From Alphaproteobacteria bacterium (GTDB lineage Bacteria; Pseudomonadota; Alphaproteobacteria; SMXQ01), in NCBI GenBank assembly GCA_046297835.1, contig JBKBHI010000008.1, positions 76,754 through 140,753 of the forward strand: DNA of 64,000 nt, given 5' to 3'. The first letter of the stretch is position 1; the number at the start of each line of letters is the position of its first letter. This document shows positions 39,594 through 48,395 of this stretch, piece by piece. Under the pieces are notes generated by a model. That model did no database searches and had not been told where the DNA came from. It worked only from the letters and a program-made list of their open reading frames with translations. The translations under genes were made by a program, and so were the position numbers.

Positions 39594-40355
39594 TCAATGA
39601 AGAATGGCCGCACCTCGCGTCTTATGCTCGGCGCAAGTCTCCGATTCTTCGGCGAGATGAAGATACTGCGGATCGAACATCCCGAGGTCTTGCAAGCGGG
39701 AAAGATCGAGAATCTCCAGCCGCCGGCGTTTCAAGCGGATCAGCTTGTCGCGCCGCAAGTTCTGCAGCATCCGATTCACATGCACGGGCGACAAACCGAG
39801 AATGTCGGCAAGGTCGTCTTGCGTCGTCGGGAGAAAAGAGACGTCCGCTCGGCTCAATCCAGACGCCTGTCCGCGCGCCGCGATCTCGCAGAGAAAATGC
39901 GCCATGCGCTCCAGGCCGCTGCGCTTTCCGACGTTTAGCAACCATTCGCGCGAAATGGATTGCTCCACCAACATGGTCCACCACAGTCCGGACATCACAT
40001 TGCCTGCCTGGCAAATCATTTTGCGTAGCGCGCCCTGGGTCAGGTACGCCAGCTTCGACGGCGCGAGCGCGATAATGCCGTAATCGCCGCGCTCGATGAA
40101 CAGCCCCTGCAAATGGAACATATCCCCCGGCAGCAGACAGCTCAGTATCTGTCGCCGTCCGTCGGCTAAAGTCTTATAGGCGCAGAGAAAGCCGCTCAGT
40201 ACGATGCCGATCTCGCGAAGCGGCATGCCTTCGAGCTGGATGGTTTCATGAATAGCGCAGTCTTGCGACGGGCCGACCGCCGTCGTCATTTCGTTGCGCT
40301 CGTCCGCATTGAGCGGGGCCGCGTTCGCGAGACGGTCGAAAAGACGCTCAAGCAT
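39594..40355 (-). CDS. Crp/Fnr family transcriptional regulator
   Basis: Start MLERLFDRL (AGGAAGG RBS) inside ORF 39594..40418. cNMP-binding fold plus C-terminal HTH (QDDLADILGLSPVHVNRMLQNLRRDKLI). Confidence 0.8.
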   Translation of the reverse strand: MLERLFDRLANAAPLNADERNEMTTAVGPSQDCAIHETIQLEGMPLREIGIVLSGFLCAYKTLADGRRQILSCLLPGDMFHLQGLFIERGDYGIIALAPSKLAYLTQGALRKMICQAGNVMSGLWWTMLVEQSISREWLLNVGKRSGLERMAHFLCEIAARGQASGLSRADVSFLPTTQDDLADILGLSPVHVNRMLQNLRRDKLIRLKRRRLEILDLSRLQDLGMFDPQYLHLAEESETCAEHKTRGAAILH

Positions 40356-40568
40356 TGAACTGGCCTTCCTGTTATGGAACTCGACTGTAAGTGGCTCCCG
40401 CTGAACTCCCAGTGTCAAATAAGAGCCTCATTCACAACCTTAAGATGTAGATGACGAAAGCACTCCCTCAAAAGGGTAGGCGGCGCCTTTTTTAACTTAT
40501 GACAGTGAGAGAATGCGTAGGTATTCATAATCTCGCTTCTCCAAACCTTGTGAACAAAGGAGAAGCGC

Positions 40569-41147
40569 ATGTTTGATGGACCCGAATTGGTCGAACAGCT
40601 TCCCTATCTTCGCCGCATGGCCCACGCCCTGACCAAGAACCGGGCCGACGCCGATGATCTCGCCCAAAGCTGTCTCGAGCGCGCCATCGTCTATCAGCAC
40701 CAGTTCATGCCCGGAACCAACCTGCGCGGGTGGCTGCTCGCCATCATGCATAACCTGTTCATCGACACGGTGCGCCGCGCCAAGCGGCAGCGGGAAAATT
40801 CGGAATCGGCGCAAGCCTTCCTCGGCGGACTTTATACGCCGGACAATCAGGACCATTCGCTGCAACTCGGGGAATTGCAGCGGGCCATGGCGCAATTGCC
40901 GATCGAGCAATACACGACGCTCATCCTCGTGGTGCTCGAGAACATGAGCTACGAGGAAGCGGCCTATGTGACGAAAGTGCCGGTCGGGACCATCCGCTCG
41001 CGCCTGTCACGCGCGCGCGCCAGCATCGCGCGCCATCTGGAAGGCGACTGCCGCGCCGACGCGCCGGCCCGTCCCAAGCTGCGGCGGCGTCATCATTCTC
41101 TGCCCTCGGTCGGGGTGGCGCCCATAGGCATCGACTTCGGAAAGTAA
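40569..41147 (+). CDS. RNA polymerase sigma-70 family factor, ECF subfamily
   Basis: 192 aa. AAAGGAG RBS. Sigma-2 (DLAQSCLERAI...RGWLLAIMHN) and sigma-4 (LVVLENMSYEEAAYVTKVPVGTIRSRLSRAR) regions. Confidence 0.85.
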   Translation: MFDGPELVEQLPYLRRMAHALTKNRADADDLAQSCLERAIVYQHQFMPGTNLRGWLLAIMHNLFIDTVRRAKRQRENSESAQAFLGGLYTPDNQDHSLQLGELQRAMAQLPIEQYTTLILVVLENMSYEEAAYVTKVPVGTIRSRLSRARASIARHLEGDCRADAPARPKLRRRHHSLPSVGVAPIGIDFGK

Positions 41148-41181
41148 AAAGGGCGGCCCGTCGGGCCGCCCTCTCTTTTGC
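41148..41181. terminator. Bidirectional rho-independent terminator between convergent ECF sigma and Mn-catalase genes
   Basis: AAAAA-GGGCGGCCC-gtcg-GGGCCGCCC-TCTCTTTT. Confidence 0.65.
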
Positions 41182-41201
41182 GCGGATGGGATTAATGCGC
41201 G

Positions 41202-42092
41202 CTAGCTGCGGCGCTTGCGCGGCGCGGTCTCCGCGCCATCGCCGCCGAGCTCCGCGCCCGTCACCGGATCGTCTTCCAGATCGGACGCCAGTCGCTCGGT
41301 CATCTGATCGAACAGCTCCTGGTCCTGGGTTTCCATCTCGACATCGGCCGTGCCGTCGCCGCCGTCCACCGCCATGGACTGCGCGATATCTTCGACGCGT
41401 TCCCACTTCTCGCCGCTGTTCCACGGGCCTTCGCCCTCCTCGCCGGCGGACAGCTTGTAGTATTTATGGGTATATTCCGGCTCGCCGGGCAGCTTACCCG
41501 GCGGGAAATTGGCGTCGATGGAATAGAGCGCCTTCTCGAACGACTTCTGATGGGCGATCTCGCGCGTCATCAGGAAGCCGAGCGACTGCTTCAGATCGGG
41601 GTCGTCCGTCGCGTTGATCAGCCGCTCGTAGATGATCTTGGCGCGCGATTCCGCCGCGATATTGGAACGCAGATCGGCGGTCGGCTCGCCGATCGTGTCG
41701 ATATAAGCCGCCGTCCAGGGTGCGCCGCCGGAATTGATGAGGCCGGGGCCGCCATAGAGCAGCGACGTCGTATGGCTCTCGCCGCCATGGAACACGTCGC
41801 TGAGCAACGCGCCAACCTCGGCGCCTTCCGCCATCTTCCCTTTCGTGCCTTTCGTCAGCATCACGATGATGTTGCCGATGATTTCAAGATGGCTCAGTTC
41901 CTCGGTGGCGATGTCGAACAGCATATCTTTGCGGTTGGGGTCGCTTTCGCCGAGCGCTTGCGTGAAATAGCGCATCGCCGCGGCGAGCTCGCCCTGCGGG
42001 CCGCCGAACTGCTCCAGCATGATGCTGGCGAGCCGCGGGTCCGGCTGCGCGACGCGCACCGTGTGCATCAGTGTCTTGTTGTGCATGAACAT
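41202..42092 (-). CDS. Manganese catalase family protein (ferritin-like)
   Basis: 296 aa. Mn-catalase block LEQFGGPQGELAAAMRYFTQA and the EELSHLE/REIAHQ di-metal ligand motifs. Acidic C-terminal tail. Confidence 0.85.
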   Translation of the reverse strand: MFMHNKTLMHTVRVAQPDPRLASIMLEQFGGPQGELAAAMRYFTQALGESDPNRKDMLFDIATEELSHLEIIGNIIVMLTKGTKGKMAEGAEVGALLSDVFHGGESHTTSLLYGGPGLINSGGAPWTAAYIDTIGEPTADLRSNIAAESRAKIIYERLINATDDPDLKQSLGFLMTREIAHQKSFEKALYSIDANFPPGKLPGEPEYTHKYYKLSAGEEGEGPWNSGEKWERVEDIAQSMAVDGGDGTADVEMETQDQELFDQMTERLASDLEDDPVTGAELGGDGAETAPRKRRS

Positions 42093-42395
42093 GGTCAGTC
42101 TCTCCCTTCTGAAAGCATGTCGCCCTCAACGGACCGCGTCGCGCGACGTTCCTGATTTATTTCTCGTCCACGACGATGCCTCATCGCCGCCGCCGCTGAA
42201 GCGCGCCTCGCCTAGGGGGAGCATTCGTGCCGTCCTTGATGCGCCCCGCCGCGCCAGCCTCCCTCTTGCCGCCGCTCCCCCTGGCGAAACGCGCCTGCCT
42301 TCGCGCCGCATTTTTCTGGCCCGCCGCCGCGCCAGCGGCTAGCCTTCGGGCATGGGGAGGCGCGTCCAAGCGCCGCGACACACAAGGGGGACGAC

Positions 42396-43589
42396 ATGGC
42401 CAGCCTGGCGCGCTGCTACAACATCCACGACCTGCGGCTGCGGGCCAAAAGCTTCCTGCCCAAAGGCATTTTCGAATATGTCGATCGCGGCGCGGAGGAC
42501 GAGGTCGCCGTCGTCGAGAATCTCGAAGCGTTCAAGCGCATCAAGCTGAAGACGCATTTCATGGTCGATCTGCGCAAGATGGACCTGGGCACGACGATCT
42601 TCGGCAAGCGCTGGAGCTTCCCCTACGCCGTGTCGCCGACCGGCACCACGGGCCTCTTGTGGTACCAGGGCGAGATCGTGCTCGCCAAAGCCTGCGGGAA
42701 ACACGGCATCCCCTTCACGCTCGGCACCAACGCCATCACCTCGATCGACGAGGTCATGCGCGCCTGCCCAGAGACCAACATCTGGTTCCAACTCTACATG
42801 TGGAGCGAGGAGGAGGATTCCTACGCGCTGGTGCGCCGCGCGCGCGACGCCGGCTGCCAGACGCTGATCGTCACCATCGACGGCGCGCTCGGCAACAACC
42901 GCGAATACAACAAGCGCAACGGCTTCTCCGTGCCCTTCACGCTGTCGGCGCGCTCGGCCTACGACATGCTGACCCATCCGCGCTGGTTCGCCGGCGTGCT
43001 CGGGCGCTACGTGCTCAACAACGGCATGCCGACGCACGAGAACTATCCCGAGCGCTACCGCCACCGCATCACGACCAGGACCAGCGGCAACCCGATGCGC
43101 CACCGGGCGATGACCTGGGCAGACATCAGCAAGCTGCGCGAATTCTGGAACGGCCCGTTGGTGGTCAAGGGCATCCTGCGCCCCGAAGACGCCGAAGCCG
43201 CGATCCAGGCCGGGGCGGACGGCATCGTCGTCTCCAACCACGGCGGCCGCGCGCTCGATTCGGCCATCCCGACCATCGACATGCTGCCGCAGATCGCCGC
43301 CGTGGTGAACAAGCGCGCGCTGATCTTCCTCGACAGCGGCATCCGGCGCGGCGGCGACATCGTGAAAGCGCTGGCGCTCGGGGCCGACGCGGTGATGGCC
43401 GGCCGGCCGACGCTCTACGGCATCGGCGCCGGCGGTCAGGCCGGCGGCGAGAAGGCGCTCGCGATCATGCACAAGGAGTTCGAGAAGGTGATGGCCTATG
43501 TCGGCTGCCGCAGCCTCGCCGAGTTGTCGCCGGACGTGCTGGCCTACCCGCCGCGCGGGCTGCCGGCGCGCGGTTTGGCCGCAGAATAG
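42396..43589 (+). CDS. FMN-dependent alpha-hydroxy acid dehydrogenase/oxidase (L-lactate dehydrogenase LldD-like)
   Basis: 397 aa. FMN-dependent dehydrogenase pattern (VVSNHGGR, GRPTLYG). Confidence 0.85.
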   Translation: MASLARCYNIHDLRLRAKSFLPKGIFEYVDRGAEDEVAVVENLEAFKRIKLKTHFMVDLRKMDLGTTIFGKRWSFPYAVSPTGTTGLLWYQGEIVLAKACGKHGIPFTLGTNAITSIDEVMRACPETNIWFQLYMWSEEEDSYALVRRARDAGCQTLIVTIDGALGNNREYNKRNGFSVPFTLSARSAYDMLTHPRWFAGVLGRYVLNNGMPTHENYPERYRHRITTRTSGNPMRHRAMTWADISKLREFWNGPLVVKGILRPEDAEAAIQAGADGIVVSNHGGRALDSAIPTIDMLPQIAAVVNKRALIFLDSGIRRGGDIVKALALGADAVMAGRPTLYGIGAGGQAGGEKALAIMHKEFEKVMAYVGCRSLAELSPDVLAYPPRGLPARGLAAE

Positions 43590-43705
43590 CCGTCTGGCCC
43601 AGATAACGGCGGCGAAGCCATCCGCAAGGAGGCTGCGCCCGCGCCGCCGCGACACCGACGAAAATGGCGGATTCCCGCCAATTTCGCCCTTCCTCGCCCC
43701 TTCGA

Positions 43706-43734
43706 TTGACAGGGCAGGACGCGCCCTTTACAAC
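43706..43734 (+). promoter_or_regulatory. Sigma-70-like promoter candidate for tRNA-Ser (TTGACA-17 bp-TACAAC)
   Basis: Read directly: ttgaca gggcaggacgcgccctt tacaac, about 75 nt upstream of the tRNA 5' end. Confidence 0.4.
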
Positions 43735-43811
43735 GGCGAACCCCTGGGAACGGCTGGTTTTTTGGCCCGTTTTCAGGATGGCAGCCAGGCTCTTCGGGGC
43801 CTTCCGCGTGA

Positions 43812-43904
43812 GGAGCGATGGCCGAGTGGCTGAAGGCGGCGGTTTGCTAAACCGTTATACGATCAAAAGTCGTATCGAGGGTTCGAATCCCTCTCGTTCC
43901 GCCA
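43812..43904 (+). tRNA. tRNA-Ser (anticodon GCT)
   Basis: 93 nt. Acceptor GGAGCGA/TCGTTCC. D-arm GCCGAGTGGCTGAAGGC. Anticodon loop TTGCTAA. Long variable arm. T-arm GAGGGTTCGAATCCCTC. Discriminator G then CCA. Confidence 0.9.
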
Positions 43905-45492
43905 CTCGGACAGTACGATCCCGGGCGGCCATGGCGGCCTCGACGATCGCGCCGAGGCTGCCCTCCAGCTCGATGCCCATGCGCTCGTAGCGCCCGCGCG
44001 GGTGCAGGGCGATCCGCGTCACCATGCGCCTTAGGACGCCGGCGGCCTTCATTTTCAGCGCCGGCGTCGCCGCCAGGCTCTCCTGCAACCTCTCGATCTC
44101 GCGCCGCCAGCATTCGGCCATCTGCGGGAACAGGGACACGACCTTGTCGTCGAGCGGCGCTTCGGCCAGCCGATCCTGCAACGCTCGGGCCTGCCCCTCC
44201 AGGGCGCTCAGGCGCGCGCGCAGGGCGTCGCTATCGGCTCCGGCCTCGATCGACGCCACGATGCGCGCCACGCGCCCCTGCGCGTCCGCCAGGGCCTTTT
44301 CCGCCTTGCGCCGTTCGGCGCCCTTGTCGCGCGCCAGCTCCGCCAGACGGGCGTGGTAGGCCCGGCTGGCCTCGGCCATGACCTCCGGCGCCAGCAGCCG
44401 CGATTTCAGCCCTTCCAGCAGCAGCCGCTCCAACCGGCTCACGAACATCGTCTTGGCGTTGGCGCAAGTCCGCTGGTTGGCGCGGGCGGAGCAGCCGAGC
44501 CGTCCCTGGCTGACGACGGTCATCGGCGCGCCGCAGACGCCGCAGAAGACCAGCCCGGCGAACAGCCAGCGGGCGCGCGGCCGGCGCGATCGCGCGCCTG
44601 GGGCGGAAGCCGGCCCGCGCGCCGCCTGCGCCCGCGCCCATAGGTCGTCGTCGACGATGCGCAGGTCGGGCCGGTCGATCGTCACCCAGTCGCGCCGGGC
44701 GTTGGCGCGGCTTTCGCGCCGGCCGGTCTCAGGGTCGGTCGGGTAGGTGCGTTTCAGGAAATGCACGCGGCCGATATAGGTCTCGTTCAGCAGGATGCCC
44801 TGCCCCTTGCCCGCCCCGCCGGCGACGGTGCTGACGTTCCATTTGCCGCCGCGCGCCGTCGGCACGCCTTCGGCGTTGAGATCTCGCACGATGGCCTTGA
44901 CGCCCTTCCCCGCGGCGAACTCGGCGAAGATCCGGCGCACCACGGCGGCCTGCGCCTCGTCGATCCGCCGCAGCCCGCGCACCAGCTCGCCGTCTTCCCC
45001 GATCTCGCGCGCCACGGCGTAGCCGTAGGGCAGCCCGCCGGGTAGCCGGCCGCGCTCGACGGCGCCGCGCTGGCCGCGGCGCACCTTGTCGGGCAGGCCC
45101 TCGATGGCGATCTGGTCGACGAGGCCGCGCGCCAGGGTTTCGATCGCCGTCAGGGGCGCCGACGCGCCGAGCACGCGCAGCTCGACGCCCCAATGTTTGA
45201 AGCGCTTGACGCGCCCCGCCGTCGATTCGAGATCTCGCGCCAGGCGGTCGGTATGCTCGACGAGGACGCAATCGACCTCGCCGGCGCGGCAGGCGGCGAG
45301 CATCCGCTGATAGTCCGAGCGGTTGAAATCGAACTTGCCTGAGAGCTCGTCGTCGTGGAACTCGCCGACGATCTCGCCGCCGTGGGCGGCGATTAGCCGC
45401 CGCGCCTCGATCCGCAGCAGCGCCAGCTGGTCGTCCGTCGAGCGCGGGTTCTGCTGGTCGCTGGAAAAGCGGGCGTAGAGCGCGATTCGCAT
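43855..45492 (-). CDS. Large serine recombinase (resolvase/invertase catalytic domain + recombinase + zinc-ribbon domains); prophage integrase
   Basis: 545 aa. MRIALYARFSSDQQ active-site Ser region. Central recombinase domain. C-terminal Cys cluster (CGVCGAPM...CSARANQRTCANAK). The 3' end of the ORF runs 50 nt into the tRNA. Confidence 0.85.
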   Translation of the reverse strand: MRIALYARFSSDQQNPRSTDDQLALLRIEARRLIAAHGGEIVGEFHDDELSGKFDFNRSDYQRMLAACRAGEVDCVLVEHTDRLARDLESTAGRVKRFKHWGVELRVLGASAPLTAIETLARGLVDQIAIEGLPDKVRRGQRGAVERGRLPGGLPYGYAVAREIGEDGELVRGLRRIDEAQAAVVRRIFAEFAAGKGVKAIVRDLNAEGVPTARGGKWNVSTVAGGAGKGQGILLNETYIGRVHFLKRTYPTDPETGRRESRANARRDWVTIDRPDLRIVDDDLWARAQAARGPASAPGARSRRPRARWLFAGLVFCGVCGAPMTVVSQGRLGCSARANQRTCANAKTMFVSRLERLLLEGLKSRLLAPEVMAEASRAYHARLAELARDKGAERRKAEKALADAQGRVARIVASIEAGADSDALRARLSALEGQARALQDRLAEAPLDDKVVSLFPQMAECWRREIERLQESLAATPALKMKAAGVLRRMVTRIALHPRGRYERMGIELEGSLGAIVEAAMAARDRTVRVAEREGFEPSIRLLIV

Positions 45493-45495
45493 GCG

Positions 45496-45681
45496 TCAGG
45501 CTTGCGGATACAACGGGAGCAGCTCGTCCGCCTTAAAGAGCCGGCCCAGCCCGACTTCGTATAAAATATCAATGGGTTCGCGGCTGGCTATGGACCAAAC
45601 CGGCACGACTGAGGTTATGGTGGCGTTGATGCCGACGGGTTCAACGTGAACTTGGTCGCCGACGTTCATCTCGGCTTTCAT
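45496..45681 (-). CDS. Hypothetical small phage protein (KOW/DUF2158-like?)
   Basis: About 61 aa from MKAEMNVGDQVHVEPVG. The longer ORF-track N-terminus is Arg-rich and likely spurious. Confidence 0.35.
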   Translation of the reverse strand: MKAEMNVGDQVHVEPVGINATITSVVPVWSIASREPIDILYEVGLGRLFKADELLPLYPQA

Positions 45682-45810
45682 GGTCGTTCTCGCTGTTTGA
45701 CGCTGTGCTCGAAATATTTGCGGCATAGTGCCGTTCCGCCATCGCCCGCGCAAGCAGCCGCGCGAGATCGAGGATCTCGGACTGCGGGGCCCGGCTGGCG
45801 GAACGGGCGG

Positions 45811-46290
45811 TCATAAAAATCTCATGTCTTCGTGGCGGTCTTGGGTGCCGCCCGTTGGCGTCGCCCATTTTGTCATCCACGGCAGCGGCGGGGCTATGGC
45901 GATGTCGAGGCTCGGTTTCCAATCGAAATAGCCCAGCGCGCCAGCGCCGGGCACCGGGACCGACAGCGGCGTCGGGTCTCGCAAGACTAAGCCGCGCGGG
46001 CCGAAGAACCAGGGGCTTGTGCTCTTGTGCACGATGGCGACGACATCGACATGACCGATGACCGCGCCGCGAATCAGCGCGGCCGGCGGCGGGCATTCGA
46101 CGCCGAGCGTCGCCATGAAACCGCGGGCCTGTTCGTATTCCTTTCGCGTCATGCCTTTGGCGGCATGGACGGCGATGCGCTTCGGCTCGATCGCGCCCTT
46201 CGTTATGGCGAATGTCGAGCGGTTCTCGATGTCCTTGCCGGCGTGGATGATCGCCCAGGCCCAGGGTTGACGAATCGAGAGCGCTTTCAT
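45811..46290 (-). CDS. ASCH domain-containing protein
   Basis: 159 aa. N-terminal MKALSIRQPWAWAIIHAGKDIENR is the characteristic ASCH/PUA-like start. Confidence 0.6.
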   Translation of the reverse strand: MKALSIRQPWAWAIIHAGKDIENRSTFAITKGAIEPKRIAVHAAKGMTRKEYEQARGFMATLGVECPPPAALIRGAVIGHVDVVAIVHKSTSPWFFGPRGLVLRDPTPLSVPVPGAGALGYFDWKPSLDIAIAPPLPWMTKWATPTGGTQDRHEDMRFL

Positions 46291-47282
46291 GCCGGAAACT
46301 CCCGATGCAGGCGGCCGTCGAGCATGGCGCCGGCGCGGCGCTTGCCGACGCGGCGCATAACCGCTTTCGGTTCGTCAGCGCAGACAGTTCCTGGCGCCGT
46401 CAAACAATGTTCACCGACGATGCAGGAGCAAGGTCCGCAGGGTTGCGGAGAAAACTCGCCCCATTGCTTAAAGAAGAACGGGACGCCGGCGGCGGCGCAT
46501 TGATCGCGCGCCGTGCGGAACCAGTCGGGATGCGCCGGGCGCGCGTCCTTGCCGCTCTCGCCGCCGGCGATGATCCAGTCGATGCCTGCGGCATCAGCGG
46601 CGGCGCCTGCCTTCCTAGCGATGGCTGGATGCCAAACTGATACAGGCCCGAGCGCAGGCTCGTAGCTGATGAACCGCTTGGCGGCGGGCGTGGCGAGCAG
46701 GTCGGGGATGCGCTCGTCGGCGCGCTCCTGGTCTTCGGCGGTGACGCCGAGCCAGACGTTGAGCAGTGGCCAGGTAGGTTTGGGATCAGGCGCGATGCCG
46801 CGACGCATTCGAGCTACGATGTCGTCGATACGCAGGAGCGTGTCGCGCACGGATAGATAATCGTTCATCCGGTCGGCGCGCTTCGTCAGCACCTGGAAGA
46901 TGTGCTGCGGCGCGAGCGCCATGACGGCGAAGACGCGGTCGATCACGGCGTCGGGCCGGTCCTCGTGGAACAGGTCGCTCATGTCACCGACAAAAATCAT
47001 CGACGGCTTGCCGGGACCGAGCTTCGGCGTCTTCGATCCGCGCCAGCGCAGCGGCCAGGTCCAGGTCGGATGATCGTCGGGCAGCGCGGTCAGGGTGCCG
47101 TTGAACACCGGGCCGGCCTTGCTCGGCGACGTCACGCCATTATAGAGCGGATGCTCGCGCAGCCGGCCCGAGCCGGCGATTTTCATCGCGTAGCAGTTCG
47201 CGCAGCCGGGCGACTTGATCGAGCAGCCGCCGATGGGATTCCAGGTGGCGTCGGTCCATTCGATGCCGGTTTCAGCGCCCAT
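46287..47282 (-). CDS. Phage Gp37/Gp68 family protein (DUF5131)
   Basis: Start MGAETGIEWTDATWNPIGGCSIKSPGCANCYA is the family's hallmark N-terminus. The ORF-track extension to 47579 is Arg-rich and spurious. ATG lies 5 nt after the MazG-like stop. Confidence 0.75.
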   Translation of the reverse strand: MGAETGIEWTDATWNPIGGCSIKSPGCANCYAMKIAGSGRLREHPLYNGVTSPSKAGPVFNGTLTALPDDHPTWTWPLRWRGSKTPKLGPGKPSMIFVGDMSDLFHEDRPDAVIDRVFAVMALAPQHIFQVLTKRADRMNDYLSVRDTLLRIDDIVARMRRGIAPDPKPTWPLLNVWLGVTAEDQERADERIPDLLATPAAKRFISYEPALGPVSVWHPAIARKAGAAADAAGIDWIIAGGESGKDARPAHPDWFRTARDQCAAAGVPFFFKQWGEFSPQPCGPCSCIVGEHCLTAPGTVCADEPKAVMRRVGKRRAGAMLDGRLHREFPA

Positions 47283-47287
47283 GATGC

Positions 47288-47704
47288 TCAGTCCGGCGAA
47301 ATTTCGCGCATGATCTCGCGGTGCTCTTGTTCGCCGCCGGCCGGCACGTAGCTCGGCTTCAAGCGATCGGGGAAGCCGACGCGCTCGGACACGATGTTGA
47401 ACTTCTCGATGACCGCCGCCGCCAAGTTGATCCCCGCCGCGGCGGCGAGCAAGTCGAGATAGATCATCGTGTCGGCCAGCTCGTGCGCGAGATCGCGGCG
47501 CAGTTGCTCGACGTCGGTTCCGGCGGCGTTGCCGGTGATATGGTCGCGCTCCCGGTTCATCTTTTTGATGACGTTGCATGCCTCCCCGGCCTCGCCTTGG
47601 AGGGCGACGGCCCAGTCGGAGAGCGACCAGTCCGCGAGACCGCCGGGATGCCAGCGCTTGCAGCGGGTGAGATTGGCGGCGCGCAAATCAGCGAATGACA
47701 GCAT
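47288..47704 (-). CDS. MazG-like nucleotide pyrophosphohydrolase
   Basis: 138 aa. MazG EExxE/ELAD metal-binding helices (ALQGEAGEACNVIKK; AHELADTMIYLDLLA). Confidence 0.7.
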   Translation of the reverse strand: MLSFADLRAANLTRCKRWHPGGLADWSLSDWAVALQGEAGEACNVIKKMNRERDHITGNAAGTDVEQLRRDLAHELADTMIYLDLLAAAAGINLAAAVIEKFNIVSERVGFPDRLKPSYVPAGGEQEHREIMREISPD

Positions 47705-47921
47705 GGAACGATCTCCGCAGGTTGTTGGCGTGGAGGAGCAGAAAGCCGATGTTGATGGTGACGGCGCCGTAGAGGCCGGCGAGAGCGCCCCACAGCATGA
47801 ACAGCAGCGCGGTCGCGATGCCGCAGATCGCGCCCTGACGTTTGGAATGGCCGTAGCGCCAGACGGTGACGGCCCCCATGGCGAAGGACAGCCATTCGAG
47901 CAGGGTCAGGGGTGCGGGCAT
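47688..47921 (-). CDS. Small membrane protein (77 aa, 2 TM)
   Basis: GGAGG RBS 6 nt upstream. Two hydrophobic helices (LTLLEWLSFAMGAVTVW; ATALLFMLWGALAGLYGAVTINIGFLLL). Confidence 0.45.
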   Translation of the reverse strand: MPAPLTLLEWLSFAMGAVTVWRYGHSKRQGAICGIATALLFMLWGALAGLYGAVTINIGFLLLHANNLRRSFHAVIR

Positions 47922-47984
47922 TAGTCCGCCTCCGCGTGGCTGCGGTCGTCGTCACAGGTCACGGCGGCCCATTCGATGCCGGTT

Positions 47985-48395
47985 TCAGCGCCCATGGCCG
48001 TCTCCCTTGATGATGGTGATCTTGTCGGGATGGATCGTCTCGGCCATCTCGGAGATCGGGTCGATCCGTTCGTGCTCCCCGGCGGCCAGCGGCGTCAGGT
48101 GGCGTGACGCGCCGTAGCGGGCGATCATGGTGTCGAGCCATGCCGTCCAATCGGCCGCCGACCATTTATCCGCCGGGTCGTCGTCGATCGCGATCTCCGC
48201 GAGGTCTGGGTGTTGGCGTAAAATCGCCGGCGCGACTTCTTTGCTGACCCTCGGCAGCTGGTGGGTCATCAGGCTGTCGCCGCTCATGAAATTCAGAATT
48301 GCATAGACGTCCCCAATCCCGCCGGGCGCGAGGAGGCGCTCCGTTGTGATCGTCAGGATCGCCCCGAGGGAAAATTCGCGGCTTTCAGCGCCCAT
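47985..48395 (-). CDS. Hypothetical phage protein (136 aa) starting MGAESREF
   Basis: ORF 47985..48398. The ATG at 48395 shares its start context with the Gp37/68 gene. No recognised domain. Confidence 0.45.
   Translation of the reverse strand: MGAESREFSLGAILTITTERLLAPGGIGDVYAILNFMSGDSLMTHQLPRVSKEVAPAILRQHPDLAEIAIDDDPADKWSAADWTAWLDTMIARYGASRHLTPLAAGEHERIDPISEMAETIHPDKITIIKGDGHGR

Noticed and set aside
39565-39597. FNR/CRP box reading of TTGAC...GTCAA near the crp/fnr gene
   Set aside because: Half-sites are separated by 23 nt rather than the 4-nt spacer of TTGAT-N4-ATCAA. More consistent with a hairpin overlapping the stop codon.
40569-41147. EcfG/NepR/PhyR general-stress-response locus
   Set aside because: No NepR-like small anti-sigma or PhyR-like gene is adjacent to the ECF sigma, so it is left as a generic ECF sigma factor.
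47283-47579. About 99-aa N-terminal extension of the Gp37/Gp68 ORF
   Set aside because: Arg-rich and overlaps the MazG-like gene. The family-typical N-terminus MGAETGIEW starts at 47282, 5 nt after the MazG stop.
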